Source of the DNA: Eubacteriales bacterium
Lineage (GTDB): Bacteria > Bacillota > Clostridia > Oscillospirales > CAG-272
Direction of reading: 5' to 3'
Length of the DNA stretch: 64,000 nt
Assembly (NCBI GenBank): GCA_045632285.1
Contig: JAZQWJ010000037.1
Location: forward strand, 22,251 to 86,250
A program made the position numbers and the translations under genes. The notes below the pieces were generated by a model. That model was not told the origin of the DNA and made no database searches. It worked only from the letters and a program-made list of their open reading frames with translations. Within the stretch, counting starts at the first letter, position 1. Every line of letters begins with the position of its first letter. Positions 44,544-54,192 of the stretch are shown here, one piece after another.

Positions 44544-45983
44544 TTATGCCTCGATATCGGCCGCGGCAACGGCCTTGCTAATGCTATCCTTAGAGGAATC
44601 CTTGCCGTATTTATCCACCTCGGTCTTGTTTTTCTCACCGTGAGTTAGGCACCCGGCACCGCCAATACAGCCGCCAATGCACGCCATTCCCTCGATAAAA
44701 TTGCCGTCAAGAACGCCCTTGTTCAGCTTCAGCAACGCCATACGGCAAGCCTCGATGCCGTCACAGACAACGGGCTTTACTTCAAAGTTGATCCCCTGCT
44801 CTTTCATTGCCTGTGCGGCTGCCTCGGTTAGGCCTCCGCTTCTTGCGAAAATACGACCGAAATAAGAGGCGTTGTCCAGTTCACTCTCTTCCAACGCAGC
44901 AATGTCGATCTCCCGGCTATCAAACAGCGCCTGCAGCTCTTCAAAGGTCAAAACGGCATCTACAAAAGGCTTGACCTCCTCGCGCTGCGCCTCGGCCTTT
45001 TTGGCGGTACAAGGGCCTATAAAAATGACTCTGGCGTTGGAGACCTTCTCCTTAATATATTTGGCAAGCACGGCCATAGGAGACATATTATGCGAAATAT
45101 GCTCGACCAGATTGGGGAACGCAGACTTGACGTACTTGACAAACGCAGGGCAACAGGAGCTTGTCAAAACGCCCTTTTCAGAAAGTTCTTTGGCCTCTGC
45201 CATAGCCACCATATCCGCGCCTAAGGCGGCCTCGATCACGTTGCTAAAGCCCAAGCGCTTTAATCCTGCCACGACCTGCCCCAGTTTGGCATAAGAAAAC
45301 TGACTGGCGATAGAGGGCGCCACAATGGCGTAAATGGGATAAGCACACGCGCCTGTTTTGTCAACGCTATGCTTCAAAAGATCGATGGCATTGACGATAA
45401 AGGATTTATCTGTGATGGCTCCAAAGGGGCACTGGTATACACAGGCACCGCAGCTGATGCACTTGTTATTGTCAATAGAAGCCGCCTTCAGGCCGTTGGC
45501 AGAGATCGCCTTGACCTTACAAGCGCGTTGGCAAGGGCGCTTGCGACTGACGATAGCTGTATAGGGGCAGACCTTGGCGCAAGCGCCGCACTCCTTGCAT
45601 TTGGATTTGTCGATGTGCGCTACGTGATCCTTGTCAAAGGAGAGCGCCCCAAATTTGCAAACGTCCTCACAGCGGTGCGCCAGACAGCCACGACAAGCAT
45701 TGGTTACCTCAAAGCCGCCTACCGGGCACTCGTCGCAGGCGATGTCGATCACCTCGATCACGTTGGGGTTTTCCCTGTCACCTCCCATAGCACACTTGAC
45801 GCGCTCGGCCAAAATTGCGCGCTCCTTATACACACAGCAACGCATTGTGGGCTCGTTGCCTGGCACAAGTGTTTTGGGAATGTCGATCACATTTTCCAAA
45901 AGCCTATCATCCCAAGCAAGGCGCGCTACCTCCCGCAAAACCTTGTATTTTAAATGTTGCACCTTAGTGTCAAATTTACGCAT
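44544..45983 (-). CDS. [FeFe] hydrogenase, monomeric group-B-like
   Basis: Start trimmed to ATG 45983 (MRKFDTKVQHL), after GGAGGA. Ferredoxin motifs CKECGACAKVCP and CISCGACVYQCP. H-cluster motifs TSSCCPAFV, GPCTAKKAEA, EGMACIGGCIGG. Confidence 0.8.
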   Translation of the reverse strand: MRKFDTKVQHLKYKVLREVARLAWDDRLLENVIDIPKTLVPGNEPTMRCCVYKERAILAERVKCAMGGDRENPNVIEVIDIACDECPVGGFEVTNACRGCLAHRCEDVCKFGALSFDKDHVAHIDKSKCKECGACAKVCPYTAIVSRKRPCQRACKVKAISANGLKAASIDNNKCISCGACVYQCPFGAITDKSFIVNAIDLLKHSVDKTGACAYPIYAIVAPSIASQFSYAKLGQVVAGLKRLGFSNVIEAALGADMVAMAEAKELSEKGVLTSSCCPAFVKYVKSAFPNLVEHISHNMSPMAVLAKYIKEKVSNARVIFIGPCTAKKAEAQREEVKPFVDAVLTFEELQALFDSREIDIAALEESELDNASYFGRIFARSGGLTEAAAQAMKEQGINFEVKPVVCDGIEACRMALLKLNKGVLDGNFIEGMACIGGCIGGAGCLTHGEKNKTEVDKYGKDSSKDSISKAVAAADIEA

Positions 45984-46057
45984 ACCGTCCTCCATAAAAT
46001 ATTGCTCGTACAAAGCGGCGGATAAAACAAGTTTATCCGCCGCGTCAAAAAATTCAA

Positions 46058-47746
46058 TTAGTGCTTTTTGGTGTAGTGCACGTGAAGCAGCTCGTGCGCG
46101 CGATCCTTAATGATCTTTTTGTAAACCGAGTTGACGATGGGATTCTCCTCTGCACGGCGAATGCTAAGCATTCTGTCAGTATCGTAAAGGCCCTTGCTTC
46201 TGGCCGCCTTAGCGTCTCCCGCATAGGGCTGACCGCCACCGTTGATACAGCCGCCGGGGCAGGCCATGACCTCAATAAAGTCAAAATGCTCGCCGGCAGA
46301 CACACGCTCCAGCACGCTTTCTGCATTGCCAAGGCCGCTAACGACCGCGATGTGCAGCTTGCTCTCGCCATAATTGAGGTAGAACTCCTTCACGCCCTCC
46401 ATACCACGCTGCCCTGCGTTTGCAACCTCAAGCAGAGCGGCACGGGACTTGTTTTCGGAAACACGGCGCAGCACAGCCTCGGTCACACCACCGGTCACGC
46501 CAAAGATCATACCTGCACCGGAAACGGTGCCAAAGGGCATATCCACTGCTTCGGGCTCCAGCTCGTCAAACAGCAGACCGGATTCCTTGATCATCAGGAT
46601 CAGCTCCTGAGTTGTGATAACTGCATCCACGTCAGGCTCGCCATCCTTTCTGAACTCGGGGCGATCGGCCTCGAACTTCTTGGCGGTACAGGGCATAATA
46701 GCCACGTGGAACATCTTCTTTTCGGCACCCTTGTTCTGGTCCTTCAGCAGCGAGCCGGTCATCTGCATAGGAGAGCGGCAGGTGGAGATGTTTTCCAGGA
46801 ACTCGGGATGCTTCTTTTCGGCAAATTGGATCCAGCCGGGGCAGCAGGAGGTGATCAGGGGCAGCTTGCCGCCCTTTTCCAAGCGCTCGATAAACTCGTT
46901 GGTCTCCTCGATCACGGTGATATCGGCGCCAAGGGTAGTATCGTAAACCTCGTCAAAGCCCATGCGGCGCAGTGCGGCCACGATCTTGCCCATCACGTTC
47001 TCGCCCTCAGCACACTTCAGCTCCTTGCCGATTGCAACGCGGACAGCGGGTGCGATCTGCACGGTGGTCTTGACCTCGGGGTTGTCCAATGCAGCCCAAA
47101 CGCGCTTGATATGGTTTTTCACCACGATGGCGCCGGTGGGGCAAACGGCAGCACACTGACCGCAGCCAACGCAAGGAGACTCTGCCAAAGGCATACCAAA
47201 CGCGGTGCTGATGGTCATATTAGAGCCGCGGTGTGCAAAGTCGATGGCACCGACGTGCTGGATCTCGTTACAAACACGCACGCAGTCGCCGCACAGGATG
47301 CACTTGCCTGCATCGCGGGTGATACAAACAGAGGATTCGTCCTCTCCCTTGGTGGACTTGGCGCGGTTGGGGAAACGAACGCCCTCGATGTTAAAGCGCA
47401 TAGCCAGATCCTGCAGCTTGCACTTGTTGTTGTTCTCACAAACGGTACAGTCGCGGCAATGGTTGGCCAGCAGCAGCTCCAAAATGTTTTTACGGTAGCG
47501 GCGCAGACGCTCGGTATTGGTCTTGACCGATGCGCCGGGCTTGGGGGGTGTAGAGCAGGCAGCATCCAGGCTTCCCCACTCGTTTTCTACCATACACATA
47601 CGGCAAGCACCGTAAACCGAAAGCTCGGAGTGATAGCAGAAGGTAGGCATCTTGATGCCGATCTTGCGGCACAGCTCCAGTATGTTTTTCTCGCCCTCGA
47701 TCTCAACGGGAATGCCGTCGATGGTCATATATTTCTTTTCGCTCAT
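46058..47746 (-). CDS. hydA: [FeFe] hydrogenase catalytic subunit of a HydABC-type (NADH/ferredoxin, bifurcating-type) complex
   Basis: Start trimmed to ATG 47746 (MSEKKYMTIDGIPV), after AAGGAGGG. 2Fe-2S N-domain (CYHSELSVYGACRMC), HCRDCTVCENNNKC, and two 4Fe-4S motifs. H-cluster motifs TSCCPGW, MPCTAKKFEA, MACPGGCINGGGQP. Confidence 0.88.
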   Translation of the reverse strand: MSEKKYMTIDGIPVEIEGEKNILELCRKIGIKMPTFCYHSELSVYGACRMCMVENEWGSLDAACSTPPKPGASVKTNTERLRRYRKNILELLLANHCRDCTVCENNNKCKLQDLAMRFNIEGVRFPNRAKSTKGEDESSVCITRDAGKCILCGDCVRVCNEIQHVGAIDFAHRGSNMTISTAFGMPLAESPCVGCGQCAAVCPTGAIVVKNHIKRVWAALDNPEVKTTVQIAPAVRVAIGKELKCAEGENVMGKIVAALRRMGFDEVYDTTLGADITVIEETNEFIERLEKGGKLPLITSCCPGWIQFAEKKHPEFLENISTCRSPMQMTGSLLKDQNKGAEKKMFHVAIMPCTAKKFEADRPEFRKDGEPDVDAVITTQELILMIKESGLLFDELEPEAVDMPFGTVSGAGMIFGVTGGVTEAVLRRVSENKSRAALLEVANAGQRGMEGVKEFYLNYGESKLHIAVVSGLGNAESVLERVSAGEHFDFIEVMACPGGCINGGGQPYAGDAKAARSKGLYDTDRMLSIRRAEENPIVNSVYKKIIKDRAHELLHVHYTKKH

Positions 47747-47748
47747 GA

Positions 47749-49644
47749 TTAACCCTCCTTGATGGCCTTGAACTTGCAGGTTGCGACACAGGCGCCGCAC
47801 TTGATGCACTTGGCGGGATCGATCGCAAACGCGGCCAGCTTTTTGCCGGGTGCAATATAATCGGTGCGCTGGATAGCACTGACGGGACACTGTCTTGCAC
47901 AAGCGCCGCAGCCAATGCACGCATCGCGCTCGATATAGATCTTCTTCAGCTTCTGGCAAGCACCTGCGGGGCAACGCTTTTCATAAATGTGCGCCTCGTA
48001 CTCGTGGCGGAAGTTTTTGATGGTGCTGACAACGGGAGAAGAAGCGGATTTACCAAGACCGCAAAGAGCGGTGGCGGAAATGGTCTCGGCAAGCTCAAGC
48101 AAAAGCTCGATATCGCCGTCCTGACCCTCGCCTGCAACGATGCGCTCCAGGATCTCAAGCATACGCTTGGTACCCTCGCGGCAGGGCACGCACTTACCGC
48201 AGGACTCGTTTTGAGTAAAGTTCATAAAGAAGCGGGCAACCTCGACCATACAGCTCTTGGAGTCCATGACCACAAGACCGCCGGAGCCGATCATAGCACC
48301 GACCTTTTTCAGCGTATCAAAATCAAGGGGCAGATCCAAATGCTCCTTGGTCAGGCACGCGCCGGAGGGACCGCCGATCTGCACGGCCTTAAATTCGCCG
48401 TCGCCGCGCATACCGCCGCCGATGTCAAAAATGATCTTGCGCAGGGTGGTACCCATCGGGACCTCGATCAGGCCCGTGTTACGGATGTTACCGGTCAGGG
48501 CAAATGCCTTGGTACCGGGGCTCTTTTCGGTGCCGCAGCCGCGGAACCATTCTGCACCGTTGGTGATGATCGAGGCCACGTTGGCATAGGTCTCGACATT
48601 GTTCAGACAAGTGGGCTTATCAAAAAGTCCCTGCTCTACGGTACGGGGGGGCTTAACACGAGGGAAGCCGCGCTTACCCTCGATAGAAGCGGTCAGAGCC
48701 GATCCCTCGCCGCAAACAAAGGCGCCGGCACCGCAGTTGATATGCATATGGAAGGAGAAGTCGGTTCCCAGAATGTTGTCACCCAAAATACCAAGCTCCT
48801 CGGCCTGCTTAATGGCGGTTCTCAGACGTCTGACAGCAAGAGGATACTCTGCACGCACGTAGATATATCCCTCGCTTGCGCCGCAAGCGATGCCCGCAAC
48901 GATCATACCCTCCAGCATTCTGTGGGGATCGCCCTCCATGATCGAACGGTCCATAAAGGCACCGGGGCCGCCCCCGTCACCGTTACAAACCACGTACTTG
49001 GGCGTTACCTTCTGGCGCTTGACCTGCTCCCACTTTCTGCCTGCGGGGAAACCACCGCCGCCACGACCACGCAGACCGGATTCAGAAACCTCGGAAACGA
49101 TCTGGTCGGCATCCATATCAAACAGCGCCTTTTCCAAAGCACTGTAGCCGCCGATGGCAATATACTCGCGGATAGAGTCGGCATCGATCTTACCGCAATG
49201 CTCCAATACCATACGGGTCTGCTGACGGTAGAAGGGGATCTCAGATTGCTCGCGGTAGATCTCGCCATCGCGCTTATAGACCAAGCGGTCGATGCACTCG
49301 CCCTGCTCAATGGTCTTTTCCACGATCTCGGTGCAGTCCTCTGCCGTTACCTTGGTATACAACCAGCCCTGAGGCTCGATACGGACCAACGGGCCCATCT
49401 CACAAAAGCCGTGGCAACCGCTCTTCTTCAAGCCGATACCGGGAGAATGAGGATCCTCTGCAAGGCCGATTTCAACGGGAAGTCCCTTTTCCTTGATGAG
49501 GGTGTTCAGTGTATCAAAAATATGCAACGAGCCGCCTGCAACGCAGCCGGTACCCGCGCAAACGATGATCTTCTTTTCCTGGGCAACGTAGTCCTTTTGG
49601 GCCTGCGCTCTGTATGCCGCCAGCTCTGCTCTGTTATTCAGCAT
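47749..49644 (-). CDS. hydB: NuoF-like flavoprotein subunit (HydB/HndC type) with N-terminal thioredoxin-like 2Fe-2S and C-terminal ferredoxin domains
   Basis: GLRGRGGGGFPAG, ESCGKCVPCREG, and C-terminal CIGCGACARQCP / CIKCGACVATC. The usual CNADEGDPGAF motif reads CNGDGGGPGAF here. Confidence 0.85.
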   Translation of the reverse strand: MLNNRAELAAYRAQAQKDYVAQEKKIIVCAGTGCVAGGSLHIFDTLNTLIKEKGLPVEIGLAEDPHSPGIGLKKSGCHGFCEMGPLVRIEPQGWLYTKVTAEDCTEIVEKTIEQGECIDRLVYKRDGEIYREQSEIPFYRQQTRMVLEHCGKIDADSIREYIAIGGYSALEKALFDMDADQIVSEVSESGLRGRGGGGFPAGRKWEQVKRQKVTPKYVVCNGDGGGPGAFMDRSIMEGDPHRMLEGMIVAGIACGASEGYIYVRAEYPLAVRRLRTAIKQAEELGILGDNILGTDFSFHMHINCGAGAFVCGEGSALTASIEGKRGFPRVKPPRTVEQGLFDKPTCLNNVETYANVASIITNGAEWFRGCGTEKSPGTKAFALTGNIRNTGLIEVPMGTTLRKIIFDIGGGMRGDGEFKAVQIGGPSGACLTKEHLDLPLDFDTLKKVGAMIGSGGLVVMDSKSCMVEVARFFMNFTQNESCGKCVPCREGTKRMLEILERIVAGEGQDGDIELLLELAETISATALCGLGKSASSPVVSTIKNFRHEYEAHIYEKRCPAGACQKLKKIYIERDACIGCGACARQCPVSAIQRTDYIAPGKKLAAFAIDPAKCIKCGACVATCKFKAIKEG

Positions 49645-50122
49645 TTGCGATCTCCTCCTTCAGCTTGTTTAAAAGTGCAACCACCTTGTCGGGATTCATT
49701 TCGGGATGCACGACGTCGTTAACGGTGATAACGGGAGCAAGGCCGCAAGCGCCCAAGCAAGAAACCGTTTCTACCGTAAAATTTTGATCATCCGTTGTCT
49801 TTTTGCTTTCGGAAAGGCCAAGCTCGCTGCGCAGCTTTTCCAGGATCGGAATAGATCTTCTGACATGGCAAGCAGTACCGTCACAGACCTTGATCACGTA
49901 TTTTCCCTTGGGCTCCAAGGAAAAGTTTTCATAAAAGGTCGCAATGCTGTAGATCTGAGCCTCACCCATCTTCAGCTCCTTGGACAAAATGGTAAATACC
50001 TCACGCGGAAGGTAGCGATAAACCTCTTGGATCTCCTGCAGGATAGAAATGATATCCACCTGCTTATAGTCATGCCTTTTGAGGATCTCGGTCACTGCGT
50101 TGAAATCAAGCTTCACTGCCAT
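49634..50122 (-). CDS. hydC: NuoE-like 2Fe-2S subunit (HydC/HndA type)
   Basis: Start trimmed to ATG 50122 (MAVKLDFNAV), after AAGGAG. CDGTACHVRRS...CLGACGLAPV. 11-nt overlap with hydB. Confidence 0.85.
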   Translation of the reverse strand: MAVKLDFNAVTEILKRHDYKQVDIISILQEIQEVYRYLPREVFTILSKELKMGEAQIYSIATFYENFSLEPKGKYVIKVCDGTACHVRRSIPILEKLRSELGLSESKKTTDDQNFTVETVSCLGACGLAPVITVNDVVHPEMNPDKVVALLNKLKEEIANAE

Positions 50123-50242
50123 TACTTTATCTCCTTTGCTTTTGATAACGATAATTTTGGCAAAATCCCCTGCAGCACTGCTGCGATGGAATTTTTGCAT
50201 TAAAGTGTATAAACACACACTTCCCTATTTTAATTACCTATT

Positions 50243-50271
50243 ATTATATCACAAAAAGAAAATATTTTCAA
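50243..50271 (-). promoter_or_regulatory. SigA-type promoter of hydCBA
   Basis: Minus strand reads TTGAAA, 17 nt, then TATAAT with a TGa extended -10. The leader is about 120 nt. Confidence 0.5.
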
Positions 50272-50298
50272 TAATAAATTCGCAAAAAACTAAAAAAA

Positions 50299-50339
50299 GG
50301 CATAGAAAAAGAGGGTATGACACCCTCTTTTTCTATGCC
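50299..50339 (-). terminator. Intrinsic terminator after nfnB
   Basis: GGCATAGAAAAAGAGGGT-ATGAC-ACCCTCTTTTTCTATGCC. On the minus strand it is followed by TTTTTTT. Confidence 0.85.
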
Positions 50340-50367
50340 TGCATAAAGCCGGCATAAATTTGTATGC

Positions 50368-51777
50368 TTACTTGCTCAAAGCCTCGATAATAGCCTTTGC
50401 AGCGGTCTTGCCTGCACCCATCGCAGAAATAACAGTTGCCGCACCGGTAACGGCGTCGCCACCTGCGTAAACTGCGTCACGGGAGGTCAAGCCGTCCTCG
50501 TTGACAACGATGCCACCCCAACGGTTAACCTCAAGGCCCTTGGTGGTAGACTTGATCAGAGGATTGGGAGAGGTACCGATGGACATGACCACGGTATCGA
50601 CCTCAAGCTCAAACTCGCTGCCTTCAACAACGACAGGACGACGTCTGCCCTTTTCGTCGGGCTCGCCAAGCTCCATCTTAACACACTTCATGCCGGTTAC
50701 AAAACCGTTCTTGGGATCGCGGGGATCCTCGGGATTGTTATAGCCAATGATCTCGGTGGGGTTGCAAAGCAGCTGGAATTGGATGCCCTCCTCCTCTGCG
50801 TGCTCGACCTCCTCGCGTCTTGCGGGAAGCTCCTCCATAGAACGGCGGTATACGATATAAACGGTCTCTGCGCCGAGACGGAGAGCGGTACGAGCAGCGT
50901 CCATAGCCACGTTACCGCCGCCGACAACGGCAACCTTGCCACCCTTCATAATGGGGGTGTCGGGATCATCCAGATAAGCCTTCATCAGGTTGCTTCTGGT
51001 CAGGAATTCATTGGCGGAGTAAACACCCTTATAAGCCTCGCCGGGGATGCCCATAAAGTTGGGGAGGCCTGCGCCGGAGCCAACAAATACAGCCTCGTAG
51101 CCCATCTCAAACAGCTCGTCAATGGTCAGGGTCTTGCCAATGACCACGTTGGTCTCGATCTTAACGCCCAGAGCCTTCAGACCCTCAACCTCCTTGGCAA
51201 CGATGGCCTTGGGAAGACGGAACTCGGGAATACCGTAGACCAGCACGCCGCCTGCGGTGTGCGGAGCCTCGAAAACAGTAACCTCAAAGCCGGCCTTGGC
51301 AAGGTCGCCTGCGCAGGTCAGGCCGGAGGGGCCGGAGCCAACGATAGCAACTCTGTGACCGTTGGACTCGGGACGAACGGGAGCCTCGGTGCAGAAGGTG
51401 TTGTGCCAGTCAGCAACAAAACGCTCCAAACGGCCGATGCCAACGCTCTCGCCCTTGATGCCGCGTACGCACTTAGACTCGCACTGGGTCTCCTGAGGGC
51501 AAACACGGCCGCAAACTGCAGGCAGAGAGGAGGACTTGGTGATGATCTGATAAGCACCCTCGAAATCACCCTCCTTGATCTTGGTGATGAACTCGGGGAT
51601 GTGGATCTTTACGGGGCAGCCCTGTACGCAAGGCATATTCTTGCAGTTCAGGCAACGGTTTGCCTCGTCAATAGCGGTAGCCTCGGTATAACCAAGAGCG
51701 ACCTCGTCAAAGTTGTGTGCGCGCACCTGGGGATCCTGGGTGGGCATTTCATTGCGCTTAAGAGCCATATTTGCCAT
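50368..51777 (-). CDS. nfnB: NfnB / GltD-like NADPH-dependent oxidoreductase (glutamate synthase small-chain family)
   Basis: Start trimmed to ATG 51777 (MANMALKRNEMP), after GAAGGAGG. CLNCKNMPCVQGCPV, CGRVCPQETQCESKC, VAIVGSGPSGLTCA, VAVVGGGNVAMD. Confidence 0.85.
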   Translation of the reverse strand: MANMALKRNEMPTQDPQVRAHNFDEVALGYTEATAIDEANRCLNCKNMPCVQGCPVKIHIPEFITKIKEGDFEGAYQIITKSSSLPAVCGRVCPQETQCESKCVRGIKGESVGIGRLERFVADWHNTFCTEAPVRPESNGHRVAIVGSGPSGLTCAGDLAKAGFEVTVFEAPHTAGGVLVYGIPEFRLPKAIVAKEVEGLKALGVKIETNVVIGKTLTIDELFEMGYEAVFVGSGAGLPNFMGIPGEAYKGVYSANEFLTRSNLMKAYLDDPDTPIMKGGKVAVVGGGNVAMDAARTALRLGAETVYIVYRRSMEELPARREEVEHAEEEGIQFQLLCNPTEIIGYNNPEDPRDPKNGFVTGMKCVKMELGEPDEKGRRRPVVVEGSEFELEVDTVVMSIGTSPNPLIKSTTKGLEVNRWGGIVVNEDGLTSRDAVYAGGDAVTGAATVISAMGAGKTAAKAIIEALSK

Positions 51778-51778
51778 A

Positions 51779-52633
51779 TCAGCGCACCTCCTTCTTAAAC
51801 AGATTGCAGGCGGCATCGTGTGCGTGACGCTCAAAGTCTGCGTACATTCTGCCTCTGGACATAGCTTCGTCAAAATCGACCTCGTAGCCGTTGAAGTCAG
51901 GGCCGTCAACACAAGCGAACTTGGTAACCTTCTTGCCGTCAACGTTCAGGGTCAGGCGGCAACCGCCGCACATACCGGTGCCATCGATCATAACAGGGTT
52001 CATAGAAACGGTAACGGGGGTGCCGAAGGGCTTAGCCGTTGCCACAACAAACTTCATCATGATCAGGGGGCCGATGGTGATGATCATATCAAACTTCTCG
52101 CCGGCCTCCAGCATTTCCTTCAGGGGAATGGTCACGTTGCCGTGCTCACCGTAGGAGCCGTCATCGGTCATAACGCGAAGTCTGTCAGAGCAAGCATTGA
52201 ACTCGTCCTCAAGGATCAGCAGATCCTTGTTACGGAAGCCGATGATGCTGGTGACCTCTGCGCCCATTGCGTGCAGAGCCTCTGCAATAGGCATTGCGAT
52301 GGCACAGCCTACGCCGCCACCAACGATGCAGACCTTCTTCAGCCCATCCAGATGAGTGGGCTCGCCAAGGGGACCTACAAAGTCCTGAATGTACTCGCCC
52401 TCTTCCTTGTGTGCCAGCTTTTCGGTGGTTCCGCCAACGACCTGGAAGATGATCTTAACGCCGCCCTTAACGGGATCTACGCCGGCAACGGTCAGAGGAA
52501 TTCTCTCGCCGTTTTCATCCACACGCAAAATGATAAACTGGCCGGGCTTGGCCTTTTTGGCAACCAGAGGTGCCTCGATCCACAGCTGGATCACAGTGGG
52601 ATTCAGAACCTTTTTCTCTAAAATTTTGTACAT
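51779..52633 (-). CDS. nfnA: NfnA / sulfide dehydrogenase-like FAD/NAD-binding subunit with C-terminal 2Fe-2S
   Basis: Start trimmed to ATG 52633 (MYKILEKKVLNP), after TGGAGG. ERIPLTVAG, IVGGGVGCA, MIDGTGMCGGCR. Confidence 0.85.
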   Translation of the reverse strand: MYKILEKKVLNPTVIQLWIEAPLVAKKAKPGQFIILRVDENGERIPLTVAGVDPVKGGVKIIFQVVGGTTEKLAHKEEGEYIQDFVGPLGEPTHLDGLKKVCIVGGGVGCAIAMPIAEALHAMGAEVTSIIGFRNKDLLILEDEFNACSDRLRVMTDDGSYGEHGNVTIPLKEMLEAGEKFDMIITIGPLIMMKFVVATAKPFGTPVTVSMNPVMIDGTGMCGGCRLTLNVDGKKVTKFACVDGPDFNGYEVDFDEAMSRGRMYADFERHAHDAACNLFKKEVR

Positions 52634-52726
52634 GCTTGCCTCCATTATAAAATTAATTAAAATGTTTTGTTTTTGATCGGCTGTCTGTCCCATTCAGCCA
52701 ATGGGCTTGCAGCACTATTATAGCAC

Positions 52727-52755
52727 ACCCGTGTGCAAATCTCAAGCACTAAGCA
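52727..52755 (-). promoter_or_regulatory. SigA-type promoter of nfnAB
   Basis: Minus strand reads TTGAGA, 17 nt, then TATAAT with a TGc extended -10. Confidence 0.5.
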
Positions 52756-52765
52756 AAAAACAGCT

Positions 52766-53260
52766 TTAAAATTTCCAGCGCTCCATACGCTTGACCATAA
52801 TCCCCGCCAACAACCCGATCAGGGTGCCGGCCACCGTGCCGCTGATCAGCAGCACCGGCAGATAAAAGGCGATCTCGGCAGTCTGCGTCCACAGGCACGC
52901 GGCAATGATCTGTCCGATGTTGTGCAGAATACCGCCCGTGATGCTGACCGCAATGCAGGAAAACCATTTCGTCTTTTTCAACAGGATCATGCCAAGCAGG
53001 CTTAAAGCAGCGCCCGCCAGACTAAAGGTCATTGTTTGAATGTTGCCAAACAGCATTGAAACCAAAATAATGCGGATAATGCTGACAATGACCGTTTCTT
53101 TCCACCCAACGCGATAAAGCAAAAAAACCATCACGATGTTGGGCAATCCCACCTTGATGCCGGGAACGGCGACCAGCGCGGGGATCTGGCTTTCAACAAA
53201 GGAAAGTATCATGGCCAGGGCAATGGAAAGCCCCAAAAAGGTCACTCTTTTTGTTTTCAT
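52766..53260 (-). CDS. Gx transporter family membrane protein (formerly 'heptaprenyl diphosphate synthase component I')
   Basis: 164 aa, 5 TM. LSFVESQIP..PGIKVGLPNIV pattern as I remember it for this family. Confidence 0.65.
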   Translation of the reverse strand: MKTKRVTFLGLSIALAMILSFVESQIPALVAVPGIKVGLPNIVMVFLLYRVGWKETVIVSIIRIILVSMLFGNIQTMTFSLAGAALSLLGMILLKKTKWFSCIAVSITGGILHNIGQIIAACLWTQTAEIAFYLPVLLISGTVAGTLIGLLAGIMVKRMERWKF

Positions 53261-53282
53261 GATACTTCCCTTTCTTTTTGGA

Positions 53283-53636
53283 TTAACCGATCAGCTCGAC
53301 CTCCGTGTCCTGCGCACCGTAGACCGTAACAGTCAAGCGGTTGGGCAAGCACGTAATGGTCTCTCCGCTCTCGTCGATCTTGCCTTGATTGACACAAAGC
53401 AGATCGGGACAATCGGCAGAGATCAGATAGGCCTTGCCGGCCTCGATACGCAAAACGTTCGTTCCGCCGTTCAGCGCATATTCTCCGTCCTGAGACAGCT
53501 CATATCTGGCAACCGCCTCACCGTCTACACGGACGATAACGTAGGCGCCCTCCTCCTTGACAAGAGCGATCACCAAAAACGCGATCAGGATCATAGCAAG
53601 GATAACGCCAACAAGGATAAGATCCTTTTTCTTCAT
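53283..53636 (-). CDS. NusG domain II-containing (DUF1312-like) membrane-anchored protein
   Basis: 117 aa. N-terminal TM, then a beta-rich domain with CPDLLCVNQG...ITCLPNRL. 1-nt overlap with the rnfA stop. Confidence 0.65.
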   Translation of the reverse strand: MKKKDLILVGVILAMILIAFLVIALVKEEGAYVIVRVDGEAVARYELSQDGEYALNGGTNVLRIEAGKAYLISADCPDLLCVNQGKIDESGETITCLPNRLTVTVYGAQDTEVELIG

Positions 53637-54190
53637 CAGAAGTTAAACTGCAGGGCCATCATTGCCAGTGCGATCATGCCGGCAGTCAGCAAGGCGATGG
53701 GAAGACCGCGGAAGGAAGAGGGGATGGCCTCCTCGTCAACGTAGTCGTCCTTCAGCTTTGCGTACAGGGTCATGGTCAGCATAAAGCCAATACCAATGGC
53801 CACAGCGGTCACAACTGCCTCGCCAAAGGTCTTGTGCGTGTTATGGATGCACAGGCCAAGCACGGCGCCGTTGATGGCAAACTTTACGAAATCTGCGCGG
53901 CAGTAATTGTCAAGCAGGTTGCGGGCCACAAGGTGAAGCACCTCGACAACAGCCAGCACCACAAGAACAAAGACCATCGTCTGCAGATAAGGAACCTTTT
54001 CCAAAAGGAAGTGGTTAATGGGCCAGGTGATCAGCGTGGAGATCAACATCACCACGGTGGTGCCAAGACCCAGAGTCAGAGATTTCTTGGTAGAACGCTC
54101 GTTTTCCAACACAGCGCCGGTACCAAGGAACTCAAGCAAAGCAATGTTTTCAGACAGGATACCTGCAAGAAGAATACCCAAGATCCACAT
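53636..54190 (-). CDS. rnfA: Rnf complex subunit A
   Basis: 184 aa, 6-TM RnfA/NqrE pattern (ENIALLEFLGTG, GLGTTVVM). Confidence 0.85.
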   Translation of the reverse strand: MWILGILLAGILSENIALLEFLGTGAVLENERSTKKSLTLGLGTTVVMLISTLITWPINHFLLEKVPYLQTMVFVLVVLAVVEVLHLVARNLLDNYCRADFVKFAINGAVLGLCIHNTHKTFGEAVVTAVAIGIGFMLTMTLYAKLKDDYVDEEAIPSSFRGLPIALLTAGMIALAMMALQFNF

Positions 54191-54192
54191 AA

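Noticed and set aside
46061-49722. Plus-strand ORFs of 563 aa and 577 aa opposite hydA/hydB. Also 54999..56096, 57076..58389, 59109..60776 and 62261..63280 opposite the rnf, lipoprotein and GDPD genes.
   Set aside because: Antisense to strongly supported genes. Composition is typical of mirrored GC-rich codons, and no start context is present.
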